A DNA stretch of 64,000 bases from a bacterium (GTDB lineage Bacteria > Pseudomonadota > Alphaproteobacteria > Caulobacterales > Caulobacteraceae). Under the pieces are notes generated by a model. That model had not been told where the DNA came from, made no database searches, and saw nothing but the letters and a program-made list of their open reading frames with translations. Positions 1 through 9,886 of the stretch are shown here, one piece after another. Within the stretch, counting starts at the first letter, position 1. Every line of letters begins with the position of its first letter. A program made the position numbers and the translations under genes. The DNA lies in contig JAVBXP010000042.1 in assembly GCA_030824495.1 (NCBI GenBank), forward strand, positions 11,331 through 75,330. Reading direction: 5' to 3'.

Positions 1-173
1 AGGCCGACGGTCTCTGACAAGGCGCCGCCCTTAGAACAGAGCCGGCTCTGGTTGGCGGGATGGGCGTCATCTCCCGTCAGCGTCAGGGTTCGCCCCTCGG
101 CGCGGGCGGACACCCCGCAACCGACCCCGCAGTAGGGGCAGGTGCTTTTCCGGGTTTCAGCGCCGCCGGTCAT
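1..173 (-). CDS. nasA: Assimilatory nitrate reductase catalytic subunit, N-terminus (runs off the left edge)
   Basis: Not in the ORF track. Reverse strand from ATG at 173 reads MTGGAETRKSTCPYCGVGCGV...HPANQSRLCSKG, the 4Fe-4S motif of molybdopterin oxidoreductases; directly follows nirD. Confidence 0.9.
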   Translation of the reverse strand, partial: MTGGAETRKSTCPYCGVGCGVSARAEGRTLTLTGDDAHPANQSRLCSKGGALSETVG

Positions 174-176
174 GGA

Positions 177-515
177 TCAGATCCGGCCGAGGAACAGGCG
201 GCCCTCGCGGACCTCCAGCGGGACGACCGGCGCGCAGCCCTTGCCGCGATCGGCGCCCATCGGCTCGCCGGTGGCCAGGTCGATGGACCAGGCGTGCAGC
301 GGGCAGGTCACGGCGTGACCGTGGACGATGCCTTGGCTGAGCGGGCCGCCTTTGTGCGGGCAGGCGTCCTTCAAGGCGAACACCTTTCCGTCGCCGGTGC
401 GGAAGATCGCCACGTCGCCGGTTGGCGTCGGCACGCGCCGGGCGCCGCGCGAGGGGATGTCCGTGATCGCGCCAACGTCGATCCAGTCGATGGGGTCCTT
501 CACGAAAGCGTTCAT
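177..515 (-). CDS. nirD: Nitrite reductase small subunit (Rieske-type)
   Basis: CPHKGGPL...CPLHAW Rieske motifs; start MNAFVKD at 515 overlaps the nirB stop (ATGA). Confidence 0.92.
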   Translation of the reverse strand: MNAFVKDPIDWIDVGAITDIPSRGARRVPTPTGDVAIFRTGDGKVFALKDACPHKGGPLSQGIVHGHAVTCPLHAWSIDLATGEPMGADRGKGCAPVVPLEVREGRLFLGRI

Positions 516-2968
516 GCGGGGGCGAACTCCATGCGACGGCTGAGCGGATTGAACTCTTCGGTGTGACGTCCGGCGACCCGCTCGGCCCAAGGGTCGACCC
601 GCGAGAACCGCTGCGAATAGGCGAAGCGGTCATGGAGCGCGCGACGGGCGGCCGGGTCCTCGACCTCGGCGCGGATGCTGTCGAGGCCGACCCGGGCCAT
701 CCACTTGTAGATCCGCTCCAGGTACCAACCCTGTTCGCGATAGGCCTGGGTGACGGCACAGATGGTCCAGATCGCCTCTTCCTCGGTGGCGACCTTGGTC
801 AGCAGTTCCGTGCCCTGGATGTGCAGGCCGGCCGCACCGCCGACATGGATCTCGTAACCGCTGTCGACGCAGATCACGCCGATGTCCTTGCAGGTCGCCT
901 CGGCGCAGTTGCGCGGGCACCCCGACACGCCGAGCTTGACCTTGGCCGGCGTCCACGAGCCCCACATGAACTTCTCGAGCCGTACGCCAAGGCCGGTGGA
1001 GTCCTGGGTCCCGAACCGGCACCAGTCCGTGCCCACGCAGGTCTTCACGGTGCGGAGGCCCTTGGCGTAGGCGTGGCCCGAGACCATGCCCGCCGCATTG
1101 AGATCGGCCCAGACGGCCGGCAGGTCATCCTTCTGAACGCCCAGCAGGTCGATCCGCTGGCCGCCGGTGACCTTCACGCTGGGGATATTGAACTTGTCGA
1201 CCACGTCGGCGATGGCGCGCAGTTCATCGGAACTGGTCATCCCGCCCCACATGCGCGGCACGACGGAGTAGGTGCCGTCCTTCTGGATGTTGGCGTGAAC
1301 CCGCTCGTTGATAAAGCGGGACTGCTTGTCGTCCTGGTAGTCGCCGGGCCAGGCGCAGATGAGGTAGTAGTTCAGGGCTGGCCTACAGCTCGCGCAGCCG
1401 TCTGGGGTGGTCCATTCGAGCGCCTGCATGACCGCGGGCATCGACTTCAGCCCTTCGGCGACGATGCGCCGCCGGGTTTCGGTATGGCCATGATGAGTGC
1501 AGCCGCACACCGGCTTGGGACCCGTCTGCGCCTGGAAGCCGTCCCCGAGCGTAAGGATCAGCAGCTTTTCGACCAGAGGGGTGCAGGAACCGCACGAGGC
1601 GGAGGCCTTGGTGACCGCCCTGACGGAGTCCAGCGTGTTGAGGCCTTGCTCGACGATGGCGCCGGTGATCGCGCCCTTGCACACGCCGTTGCAGCCACAG
1701 ACTTCGGCGCTATCAGCCAATGCCGCAACGGCCGCGCTAGGGTCCAGACCTCGAAGGCCCTCCGTCACCGATTGGCCGAAGATCAGCGTTTCGCGGATCT
1801 CCGCCACCGGGGTGTTCTGGCGCATCAGATCGAAGTACCAGGCGCCATCGGCGGCATCGCCGAACAGCACCGCGCCGGCGACCTTGCCGTCCTCGATCAC
1901 GACCCGCTTGTAGACGCCGCGCCCGGCGTCGCGGAACACGATGTCCTCGCAGCCGTCGCCGCCGGCGAACTTGCCGGCCGAAAAGACGTCGACGCCCGAG
2001 ACCTTCAGGCGCGTGGAAAGCACCGACCCCGCATAGTCGCCGGCTGTGTCGGTAAGCCCGGCGGCCAAGGCCTTGCACATCTCCCAGATCGGGGCGACCA
2101 GGCCGTAGCATTGGCCGCGATGTTCGACGCATTCGCCCACGGCCGAGATCCGCGGATCGGAGGTGCGCATCTGGTCATCGACGATCAGGCCGCGACCGAC
2201 CTCCAGCCCAGCCGCCTTGGCTAGGCTCGTATTGGGGCGAATACCCACCGCCATGACCAGCAGATCGCACGGCAGGGTGCGGCCGTCCTTGAGCTTCAGG
2301 CCGGCGACCTGGCCATTCAGGCCGACGATCTCCTCGGACACCGCCCCTAGTTCCGTCGCGACGCCCTTTGCCGCCAGCGCATCGGCGAGCAGGAAGCCGG
2401 CCGAGGCGTCGAGTTGGCGCTCCATCAGCACGTCCACCAGGTGCACCACCGTGGCGGCCATCCCCCGGCGTACGAGGCCGTAGGCCGCCTCGATGCCCAG
2501 CAGGCCGCCGCCGACCACCACCGCCCGCGCGCCCGTCTGGGCCGATGCGGCGACCATCGCCTCGACGTCGTCCAGGTCGCGGAAGGTGACGACACCCTTC
2601 AGGTCGCTGCCCGGCAGGGGCAGGCGGATGGGATCGGAGCCCGTCGCCAGGATCAACCGGTCGTAGCCGACCTCAAGCCCGCCCTCGGCCCGCACGACGC
2701 GCGCCTCGCGGTCGATGGCCTGCACCGCGCGGCCGGCATGCAGGGTGATGGCGTTGTCGCGATACCAAGCCTCGTCGTTGATCACGATGTCGGCGAAGGT
2801 CTTCTCTCCGGCCAGCACCGGCGAGAGCATGATGCGGTCGTAGTTCACCCGCGGCTCGGCGCCGAAGATGGTGATCTCGTAGCGCTCGGGATCGCGCTTC
2901 AAGACCTCTTGCACCGCGCGGCAACCGGCCATGCCGTTGCCGACGACGATCAGTCGTTCCTTGGCCAT
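512..2968 (-). CDS. nirB: NAD(P)H nitrite reductase large subunit
   Basis: Start MAKERLIVVGNGMAG at 2968 with GGAG RBS; FAD/NAD GGGLLG; BFD-like CGCNGVC and CGSC; siroheme motifs TCVG..WC and GCPRNC. Confidence 0.95.
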   Translation of the reverse strand: MAKERLIVVGNGMAGCRAVQEVLKRDPERYEITIFGAEPRVNYDRIMLSPVLAGEKTFADIVINDEAWYRDNAITLHAGRAVQAIDREARVVRAEGGLEVGYDRLILATGSDPIRLPLPGSDLKGVVTFRDLDDVEAMVAASAQTGARAVVVGGGLLGIEAAYGLVRRGMAATVVHLVDVLMERQLDASAGFLLADALAAKGVATELGAVSEEIVGLNGQVAGLKLKDGRTLPCDLLVMAVGIRPNTSLAKAAGLEVGRGLIVDDQMRTSDPRISAVGECVEHRGQCYGLVAPIWEMCKALAAGLTDTAGDYAGSVLSTRLKVSGVDVFSAGKFAGGDGCEDIVFRDAGRGVYKRVVIEDGKVAGAVLFGDAADGAWYFDLMRQNTPVAEIRETLIFGQSVTEGLRGLDPSAAVAALADSAEVCGCNGVCKGAITGAIVEQGLNTLDSVRAVTKASASCGSCTPLVEKLLILTLGDGFQAQTGPKPVCGCTHHGHTETRRRIVAEGLKSMPAVMQALEWTTPDGCASCRPALNYYLICAWPGDYQDDKQSRFINERVHANIQKDGTYSVVPRMWGGMTSSDELRAIADVVDKFNIPSVKVTGGQRIDLLGVQKDDLPAVWADLNAAGMVSGHAYAKGLRTVKTCVGTDWCRFGTQDSTGLGVRLEKFMWGSWTPAKVKLGVSGCPRNCAEATCKDIGVICVDSGYEIHVGGAAGLHIQGTELLTKVATEEEAIWTICAVTQAYREQGWYLERIYKWMARVGLDSIRAEVEDPAARRALHDRFAYSQRFSRVDPWAERVAGRHTEEFNPLSRRMEFAPA

Positions 2969-2982
2969 CAGGGTCTCTCCGA

Positions 2983-4206
2983 TCAAACGCGCGAGGGGGA
3001 GCCGGCGGCCGGCGCCGTGGCGGTCCAGGTCTTGCGCCACCGCGCCTTGACCCCGGTCAGGCAAACCAGCGCCACCAGAGCGAGGGCGGCGAAGGCCAGC
3101 AGCCCGGCCTGGTACGAACCGGTCGCCTGCTTGGCCCAGCCGAGGCTGGCCGCGAGGTAGAAGCCGCCGATCCCGCCGGTCATGCCGACCAGGCCGGTGA
3201 CGACGCCGATCTCCTTGCCGAAGCGCTGGGGCGCGAGTTGGAACACCGCGCCATTGCCGGCGCCCAGCGCCATCATGCTGAAGAGCAGGACGGAGAAGGC
3301 GAACCACACATTCGGGGCATGGAAGCTGGCGAGGGCAAGGCCGAGGGCCGCCAGGACGTAGACCACGCTGAGGGTCCGCACGCCGCCGAACCGGTCGGCC
3401 AGCGCGCCGCCCACTGGCCGCAGGAACGAGCCGCCGAAGACGCAGGCCGCCGTGAAGAAGCCGGCCGTCACCGGGGTCAGCCCGTACTCGGCGTTGAAGT
3501 AGATGGTGAGCGAGGAGGACAGGCCCACAAAGCCGCCGAAGGTCACGCTGTAGAGCAGCATCAGCCACCAGGCGTCAGGCGTCTTGAGGACGTCCAGGTA
3601 TTCAGAAAGCGCCTTGGGCGGAGGCGGGTTCGGTGCGTCCTTGGCGAAGATCAGGAAGGTCACGAAGGCCAGCATGAGCGGCAGACACGCCAGGCCGATC
3701 ACATTGTTCCAGCCGTAGGCCTGAGCCAGGCCCGGCGCGAACAAGGCCGCCAGCGCGGTGCCGGAGTTGCCGGCGCCGGCGATGCCCAGGGCCAGGCCCT
3801 GGAACTCCGGCGGATACCAGCGCGAGGCGAGCGGCAGGGCGATGGCGAACGAGGCGCCGGCTACACCTAGGACCAGGCCAAGGGCGAGGACCTTGTGATA
3901 GCTGTCGATGCCGATCAGCCAGGCGGCGGCCAGGCCGGCCAGCACGGTCAACTGGGCGATGATCCCGGTCTTCCTGGGACCGATGTGGTCCACCAGAACC
4001 CCGGCGACGAGCCGCAAAAGCGCGCCCGCCAGCACCGGCACGGCGACCATGAAGCCCTTCTGGGCGGGATCGAGATTGAAGTCCTTGGCGATCGCGACGC
4101 CCAGCGGCCCGAGGATCACCCAGACCATGAAGCTAAGGTCGAAATAGAGGAACGCGGACAGAAGGGTGGGCGTATGCCCGGCCTTCAGGAATGAGCGATT
4201 CAGCAT
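2983..4206 (-). CDS. MFS nitrate/nitrite transporter (NarK/NasA family)
   Basis: Multiple TM helices; nitrate signature GIAGAGNSG and FGGFVG; upstream of nirB. Confidence 0.9.
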   Translation of the reverse strand: MLNRSFLKAGHTPTLLSAFLYFDLSFMVWVILGPLGVAIAKDFNLDPAQKGFMVAVPVLAGALLRLVAGVLVDHIGPRKTGIIAQLTVLAGLAAAWLIGIDSYHKVLALGLVLGVAGASFAIALPLASRWYPPEFQGLALGIAGAGNSGTALAALFAPGLAQAYGWNNVIGLACLPLMLAFVTFLIFAKDAPNPPPPKALSEYLDVLKTPDAWWLMLLYSVTFGGFVGLSSSLTIYFNAEYGLTPVTAGFFTAACVFGGSFLRPVGGALADRFGGVRTLSVVYVLAALGLALASFHAPNVWFAFSVLLFSMMALGAGNGAVFQLAPQRFGKEIGVVTGLVGMTGGIGGFYLAASLGWAKQATGSYQAGLLAFAALALVALVCLTGVKARWRKTWTATAPAAGSPSRV

Positions 4207-4263
4207 CGGATGAGCCCCGTACGGATTGGACGGAAGCGGCGGCGTCGCCGAGGGTTTTGGGAG

Positions 4264-4308
4264 GGCTCTTCATCGAGCCGTTCCAAGAAGCCGCGAACGC
4301 CGTTGTCC
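4264..4308 (-). promoter_or_regulatory. ANTAR (NasT)-binding dual-hairpin leader
   Basis: On the mRNA: GGAC-AACGGC-GUUC (hexaloop with A1 and G4), 15 nt, then GGCUC-GAUGAA-GAGCC; lies between nasS/nasT and the nitrate operon. Confidence 0.7.
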
Positions 4309-4429
4309 TGGGCCTGGGACCAGCAGGCCACTCGCCGGGCCGGTCGTCATCATCCGCTGACGGAACGCCGACGCTCTTTCATGTTGCAGTGCAAAAACTA
4401 GGCGCCCGATTTTGGGCGTTGACCGCTTT

Positions 4430-5401
4430 TCAAGCTAAGCCGGCGGCGCGATCGTGCATTTCGGGGGCATAGACCGCCAAAGCTGCTGCCAGGTCCGCGT
4501 CTGCCGGAACCTGTCCCCAGCGCTGCATCTGGGCGATTAGCCACCCAGCCTGGGCAGGTTCGGGGCGCGCCACACTGTCCCGGTGAAACACCACGTGACG
4601 CAGGCCCGCAGCGATGAGGTCGGCCGGGACGCCGATATGGGCCGGCTCGGCCAGCAGCGCCGCCAGGGTCTTTCGGTTCTCTGGCGCGTCCGCCCACTCA
4701 AGGCCCCGCAGCAACGCCCGCAAAAGCGCCTGAAGCACTTCCGGATTTTCTCCCGCCCAGGCGCGGGTGGTGGCGAAGACCTTGTCCGGCGCTCTTGGCG
4801 CTATCGCCGCTGCTCGGGCGGCGACAACCCCGACCCCCGCATCGACCGCCACAGCGCTCCACGGCTCGCCTACGCAGAAACCCTCGATCACGCCGCCGGC
4901 CAACAGTTCGGCCATCCGCGGTGGAGGCGCCACCACGATGCGGACGTCCCGGTCTGGATCGAGGCCCACCTGCGCCATCCATAGCCGTAGGAGGTAGTTA
5001 TGGGTGGAGAACGGAAACACCACGCTGAAGGTCAGCGGGCTGGACTCCATCTCGCGGCGCTGAGCGACCAGCTCGGCCAGCCCAACCGCACTAGGGCCGG
5101 CGCCGAGCCCCAGACGCGTCGAAAGGGTGATGGCCGCGCCATCGGTGGCCAAGGCCAGTGGCGCGATCATCGGGGTCGCCTCGCTGCCGATCCCCAGGCT
5201 TTGCGCCAGCACCATGGGCGCCAGCATGTGGGCGCCGTCGAGCGCGCCCACCGCCACCTTATCGCGGATCGTGGCCCACGACGCCTCACGCGACAGCTCT
5301 ACATTCAGCCCCTCGTCGGCGAAGAAGCCGAGCGCCTTGGCGGCGATCAAGCCGGCGGCGTCGTCCAGCGGCATGAAGCCCAGCTTCACCAGCCCAGTCA
5401 C
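4430..5401 (-). CDS. nasS: Nitrate-sensing NrtA/CmpA-like regulator
   Basis: KLGFMPLDDAA, DGAHMLAPM, VFPFSTHNYLLR, GFCVGEPW; no signal peptide; coupled to nasT. Confidence 0.88.
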   Translation of the reverse strand: MTGLVKLGFMPLDDAAGLIAAKALGFFADEGLNVELSREASWATIRDKVAVGALDGAHMLAPMVLAQSLGIGSEATPMIAPLALATDGAAITLSTRLGLGAGPSAVGLAELVAQRREMESSPLTFSVVFPFSTHNYLLRLWMAQVGLDPDRDVRIVVAPPPRMAELLAGGVIEGFCVGEPWSAVAVDAGVGVVAARAAAIAPRAPDKVFATTRAWAGENPEVLQALLRALLRGLEWADAPENRKTLAALLAEPAHIGVPADLIAAGLRHVVFHRDSVARPEPAQAGWLIAQMQRWGQVPADADLAAALAVYAPEMHDRAAGLA

Positions 5402-5976
5402 GACGCATCTCCCTTCAGCACGCCGGCGAAGGCCAGCAGGTCGGCCGCCACCGCCCCGAGTGGGCGGCCAGTATCCATCGAGAGCTTGCGCAGCAGCTTG
5501 TAAGCGTCCTCCTCCTCCAGGCCGCGCTCCTTCATCAGCAGCGCCTTGGCGCGCTCGATGGTCTTGCGCGACGCGAGATCGGCCTTGGCCTTGTCCAGAT
5601 CCTTGCGAAGCTGGTTCATGAGCTGGAAGCGGCTCATGGCGACTTCCAGCACGCCGCGCACGCGACCTGGGGCTAGGCCATCGACAACATAGGCCGCCAC
5701 GCCCGCGCGCACCGCGGCCTCAGCCAATCCCGGTTCAGAGCGATCCACAAACATCACCACCGGTCGTGGATTGGCCAGGCTAGCGTCCCGCAGACTGTCG
5801 ATCGTGTCCCGGTCGGGGCTCTCGGTCGCGACCACGACCACGTCGGGTGCGAATGCGGCGGCTTCAGCCTCGTCATAAAAAGGCCGATGGCGCACCTCCA
5901 GCGGATCGACGCCCGCCAGGCCTTCGGCCACGAGCGCAGCTCGGGCGGAGTCAGGATCGATGACCAAGACGCGCAT
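5398..5976 (-). CDS. nasT: ANTAR-domain antiterminator
   Basis: Pseudo-receiver domain plus C-terminal ANTAR (RKTIERAKALLMKERGLEEEDAYKLLRKLSMD). Confidence 0.92.
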   Translation of the reverse strand: MRVLVIDPDSARAALVAEGLAGVDPLEVRHRPFYDEAEAAAFAPDVVVVATESPDRDTIDSLRDASLANPRPVVMFVDRSEPGLAEAAVRAGVAAYVVDGLAPGRVRGVLEVAMSRFQLMNQLRKDLDKAKADLASRKTIERAKALLMKERGLEEEDAYKLLRKLSMDTGRPLGAVAADLLAFAGVLKGDAS

Positions 5977-6063
5977 ACGGCCGGACTAGTGGGCGCCGAC
6001 GCGCCACCGCAGAATGCTTCAACGCGTTTGCCGCACAGCAACGCTTAAACGCACAATTCGCAG

Positions 6064-6633
6064 TCAGCCGGCGCCGCGATCTTGGGCGCCTTCTCTCGCG
6101 GCCATATCGGCCAGCAGGATCTCGCGTTCCTGGGGGGTGTTCGCGCCCCTCAGTCTGGCGCGCGCGTCGCTCGATGGCGCAAGCCGCGCTACGCCGGCCC
6201 GTTCCGCCAGTCGGGCCATCGGCCAATCGGCCTGGGCGTCGGATGGCAGGGCCGCGAGCGTCACGACAAGCGGAAGGTGAAGCCCCTCATAGGCGGCGCA
6301 TGACGCTGGGGAGGCGAGCAGCGGCGCGAGATCCAGCGCCGTCAGGCTCGGTGCGTCGACCGCCAACACCAGGGCGCGGTCGCATCCAGCATCGCGCAAG
6401 GCCAAGGCCCCCGCCAGCACGCCCCCCACCGGCCCGCCTAGCGGCGTCTCCTCCACGACGCGCTGCAGGCCATAGTCGGTCGATCCAACAGTGACGATGA
6501 TCGACGCGCCGACCTCCAATGCGAGATCGGCCACCCGATCCACGGCGCGGCGGCCGAGCCAGTCCATCGCCGCCTTGTCCACGCCCATGCGGCTGGAGGC
6601 TCCGCCGCTCAGGATTATCGCGCCTAGCTGCAT
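6064..6633 (-). CDS. mobA: Molybdenum cofactor guanylyltransferase
   Basis: [28 protein letters not shown]-terminal NTP motif. Confidence 0.8.
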   Translation of the reverse strand: MQLGAIILSGGASSRMGVDKAAMDWLGRRAVDRVADLALEVGASIIVTVGSTDYGLQRVVEETPLGGPVGGVLAGALALRDAGCDRALVLAVDAPSLTALDLAPLLASPASCAAYEGLHLPLVVTLAALPSDAQADWPMARLAERAGVARLAPSSDARARLRGANTPQEREILLADMAAREGAQDRGAG

Positions 6634-6696
6634 GGCCGCTCCCGCGATCGATCAAACCCTCAAGCTGCGATCCAGAACGCCGCAACATTGCTAGCG

Positions 6697-7608
6697 TCAA
6701 GACGTCCCCGGGGCGCCCAAGGCCACATTGAGGAAGCGTTCGAGCGTCGGGGTAGTGTCCCCGCGCCGCCAGACGACACCGCTTTCGAGCGATGGCGCGC
6801 CCTCCTGCAAGCTCACATAGGCGACGCCCTTGCGCGCCAGGCTGCGCAGCGAGTCCGGGACAAGCGCGATGCCCATCCCGGCCGAGACCAGGCTGATGAT
6901 CGTCTGCATCTGGATGGCCTCCTGGACAATCCGGGCCTTGCCGCCGTGCGAGGCGAAATAGCCCGTCACCAGGTCGTAGAACGCCGGGGCCGAGCGCCTT
7001 GGAAAGATGATCAAGGGGGCTCCGATCACCGCCTCGGGCGCCAACTGATCTTCCGTTAGCTGCAGGCGGCCCTCCTCGATCCAGCTCTCCGGCGCAGCCA
7101 CCACCAGCGGTTCAGACACCAGGCGGCGATAGCTCAGCGGCTCTGGCAGTTCGCCGCTGGCCGGAGGGATGATGATGCCGGCGTGCCCTTGGCCGTCCAG
7201 CAGGGCGGCGATCTGCACGTCGCTGGTCGCCTCAGTCAGGGCGATCTCGACGGCCGGATAGAGGTTCGCATAGCGGCGGACCAGATCGGGCAGGATGCTG
7301 TAGTCGGCCGTGCTGACGAACGAGAGTTCCAGACGTCCGGCGTCGCCATCGCGCAGCCGCTTGGCGATGTCCGGCAGGGCAACGACTCCGGCCAGGGCGG
7401 CCCGCACGTGGACCAGCCACTGCTCGCCGAAGGGCGTCAGGGCGACGCTGCGCTTGGTGCGAACGAAGAGCGCCGCGCCCAGCTCCCGCTCCAGCGCCAG
7501 GATCGACTGGCTTAGCGGCGGCTGCGTCATGCCGAGCCTAGCCGCGGCGCGTCCAAAGTGCAGGGTTTCGGCCACCGCCTCGAAGTGCCGAAGTTGCCGG
7601 ACCTCCAT
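6697..7608 (-). CDS. ilvR: LysR-family regulator divergent from ilvD (IlvR-like)
   Basis: LysR HTH (LRHFEAVAETLHFGRAAARLGMTQPPLSQSI); ilvR-ilvD divergence is known in Caulobacter crescentus. Confidence 0.8.
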   Translation of the reverse strand: MEVRQLRHFEAVAETLHFGRAAARLGMTQPPLSQSILALERELGAALFVRTKRSVALTPFGEQWLVHVRAALAGVVALPDIAKRLRDGDAGRLELSFVSTADYSILPDLVRRYANLYPAVEIALTEATSDVQIAALLDGQGHAGIIIPPASGELPEPLSYRRLVSEPLVVAAPESWIEEGRLQLTEDQLAPEAVIGAPLIIFPRRSAPAFYDLVTGYFASHGGKARIVQEAIQMQTIISLVSAGMGIALVPDSLRSLARKGVAYVSLQEGAPSLESGVVWRRGDTTPTLERFLNVALGAPGTS

Positions 7609-7705
7609 CACTCAGACCCCAGGCGACCTAATCGAGGCACATTAATATATTTCACAGCCATTGAGCTACAGGCTATCGAAGCCCGTCATCACTTGGATAT
7701 CCGTC

Positions 7706-9553
7706 ATGCCGGTCTATCGTTCACGCACCTCCACCCATGGCCGCAACATGGCCGGCGCTCGAGGCCTGTGGCGCGCCACAGGCATGAAGGACGGCGACTT
7801 CGGCAAGCCGATCATCGCGGTCGTGAACTCCTTCACCCAGTTCGTGCCGGGGCACGTGCACCTGAAGGACCTCGGTCAGTTGGTGGCGCGCGAGATCGAA
7901 AAGGTCGGCGGCGTGGCCAAGGAGTTCAACACCATCGCGGTCGATGACGGCATCGCCATGGGCCACGACGGCATGCTCTACAGCCTGCCCTCGCGCGAGT
8001 TGATCGCCGACAGCGTCGAGTACATGGCCAACGCGCACTGCGTCGACGCCATGGTCTGCATCTCCAACTGCGACAAGATCACGCCCGGCATGCTGATGGC
8101 GTCGCTGCGCCTCAACATCCCGACGGTGTTCGTGTCCGGCGGCCCGATGGAGGCCGGCAAGGTGGTGCTGAACGGCAAGGAAGTCGCCCTGGACCTGGTC
8201 GACGCCATGGTCGCCGCCGCCGACGAGTCGATCAGCGACGCCGACGTGGCTGCCATCGAGCGCGCCGCCTGCCCCACCTGCGGTTCCTGCTCGGGCATGT
8301 TCACCGCCAACTCGATGAACTGCCTGACCGAGGCGCTGGGCCTGTCGCTGCCGGGCAATGGCTCGGTGCTGGCCACCCACGCCGACCGCGAGCGCCTGTT
8401 CCTGGAAGCCGGCCGCCTGATCGTCGACATCACCCGCCGCCACTACGAACAAGACGACGCCAGCGTGCTGCCGCGTTCGGTCGCGAGCTTCGAGGCGTTC
8501 GAGAACGCCATGAGCCTGGATATCGCCATGGGCGGCTCGACCAATACGGTGCTGCACCTGCTGGCCGCCGCGCACGAGGCCGGCGTGGACTTCACCATGG
8601 CCGATATCGACCGGCTGTCGCGTCAAGTTCCCTGCCTGTCGAAGGTCGCGCCGGCCAAGTCCGATGTTCACATGGAAGACGTCCACCGGGCCGGCGGCGT
8701 CATGGCTATCCTCGGCGAACTGGACCGCGGCGGCCTGCTGAAGACCGATCAGCCGACCGTCCACAGCCCGACCCTGTCCGACGCGCTGAATCGCTGGGAC
8801 ATCGCCCGCACCAACAGCGAAGAGGTGCAAACCTTCTTCAAGGCGGCGCCGGGCGGCGTGCCGACCCAGGTGGCCTTCAGCCAGGCCCGCCGCTGGAAGG
8901 AACTCGACCTCGACCGCGAGGGCGGCGTCATCCGTTCGGTGGAGCACGCCTTCTCCAAGGACGGCGGCTTGGCCGTGCTGAGCGGCAACCTCGCCCTTGA
9001 GGGCAGCATCGTGAAGACTGCCGGGGTCGACGAAGGCTCCCTGGTCTTCGCTGGCCCGGCGCGGGTGTTCGAAAGCCAGGACGCGGCGGTCAGCGCCATC
9101 CTCACCAACGTGGTGAAGGCGGGCGACGTGGTTGTGATCCGCTATGAGGGGCCGCGTGGCGGGCCGGGAATGCAGGAGATGCTGTATCCGACCAGCTATC
9201 TGAAATCTAAGGGCCTCGGGAAAGAGTGCGCCCTGATCACCGACGGCCGCTTCTCCGGCGGCACCTCGGGCCTGTCGATCGGCCACGTCTCGCCGGAAGC
9301 CGCCGAGGGCGGTCTGATCGCCCTGGTCGAAGACGGCGACCGGATCGAGATCGACATCCCCCGCCGGACCATGGAACTGAAGGTGCCCGACGCGGTGCTG
9401 GCTGAACGGCGCGCGGCCATGGTGGCCTTGGGCGACAAGGCCTGGAAGGCTCACGGCCGGACACGGAAGGTCTCCACGGCGCTGCGGGCCTACGCCGCCT
9501 TCACCACCAGCGCCGCGCGCGGCGCCGTTCGCGACGTCGACCAACAGCGGTAG
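7706..9553 (+). CDS. ilvD: Dihydroxy-acid dehydratase
   Basis: [70 protein letters not shown]; start moved to ATG 7706. Confidence 0.97.
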   Translation: MPVYRSRTSTHGRNMAGARGLWRATGMKDGDFGKPIIAVVNSFTQFVPGHVHLKDLGQLVAREIEKVGGVAKEFNTIAVDDGIAMGHDGMLYSLPSRELIADSVEYMANAHCVDAMVCISNCDKITPGMLMASLRLNIPTVFVSGGPMEAGKVVLNGKEVALDLVDAMVAAADESISDADVAAIERAACPTCGSCSGMFTANSMNCLTEALGLSLPGNGSVLATHADRERLFLEAGRLIVDITRRHYEQDDASVLPRSVASFEAFENAMSLDIAMGGSTNTVLHLLAAAHEAGVDFTMADIDRLSRQVPCLSKVAPAKSDVHMEDVHRAGGVMAILGELDRGGLLKTDQPTVHSPTLSDALNRWDIARTNSEEVQTFFKAAPGGVPTQVAFSQARRWKELDLDREGGVIRSVEHAFSKDGGLAVLSGNLALEGSIVKTAGVDEGSLVFAGPARVFESQDAAVSAILTNVVKAGDVVVIRYEGPRGGPGMQEMLYPTSYLKSKGLGKECALITDGRFSGGTSGLSIGHVSPEAAEGGLIALVEDGDRIEIDIPRRTMELKVPDAVLAERRAAMVALGDKAWKAHGRTRKVSTALRAYAAFTTSAARGAVRDVDQQR

Positions 9554-9599
9554 TTGGGAGCAGGCGGCCTCGCCCGCCTCTCCGCCTTAAGCCCAGGAA

Positions 9600-9622
9600 C
9601 GCGACCTGCAGGGCAGGTCGCG
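9600..9622 (+). terminator. GC-rich hairpin after ilvD
   Basis: CGCGACCTGC-AGG-GCAGGTCGCG 10-bp stem; no U tract. Confidence 0.45.
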
Positions 9623-9821
9623 AGCAACCACGGCGCCTCTACTGACCGCCGTCAGCATTGACACAGCATAGGTGGAGCCCGGGTCAGTTTGGCGAAGCGT
9701 TGACTGCTCTAACCCAACATCAATGAGGGACAGGGTCGAGCAGGCGCACTACGCCTGGAAGATGGCCTGAAGAACACAGCAAGAAGGATTTTCAAAAATC
9801 CCGAAACTCTGCTGTTGCAAC

Positions 9822-9845
9822 GATTAGTTTCAGATGAAACTAATC
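9822..9845. promoter_or_regulatory. Perfect AT-rich palindrome, probable operator upstream of the TonB receptor
   Basis: GATTAGTTTCA-GA-TGAAACTAATC (11-bp arms). Confidence 0.6.
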
Positions 9846-9886
9846 CCCCGCGCGCCACATTTAAGAGCGTCGCCGCGGGGGATTAC

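Noticed and set aside
2969-3568. 200-aa N-terminal extension of the 1018-aa nirB ORF
   Set aside because: It overlaps the transporter gene in another frame; NirB homology and the RBS point to ATG 2968
4381-4420. Possible sigma54 promoter or NtrC site for the nitrate operon
   Set aside because: GG-to-GC spacing is 12 rather than 10; the GCCC-N6-GGGC palindrome is one base short of the NtrC spacing
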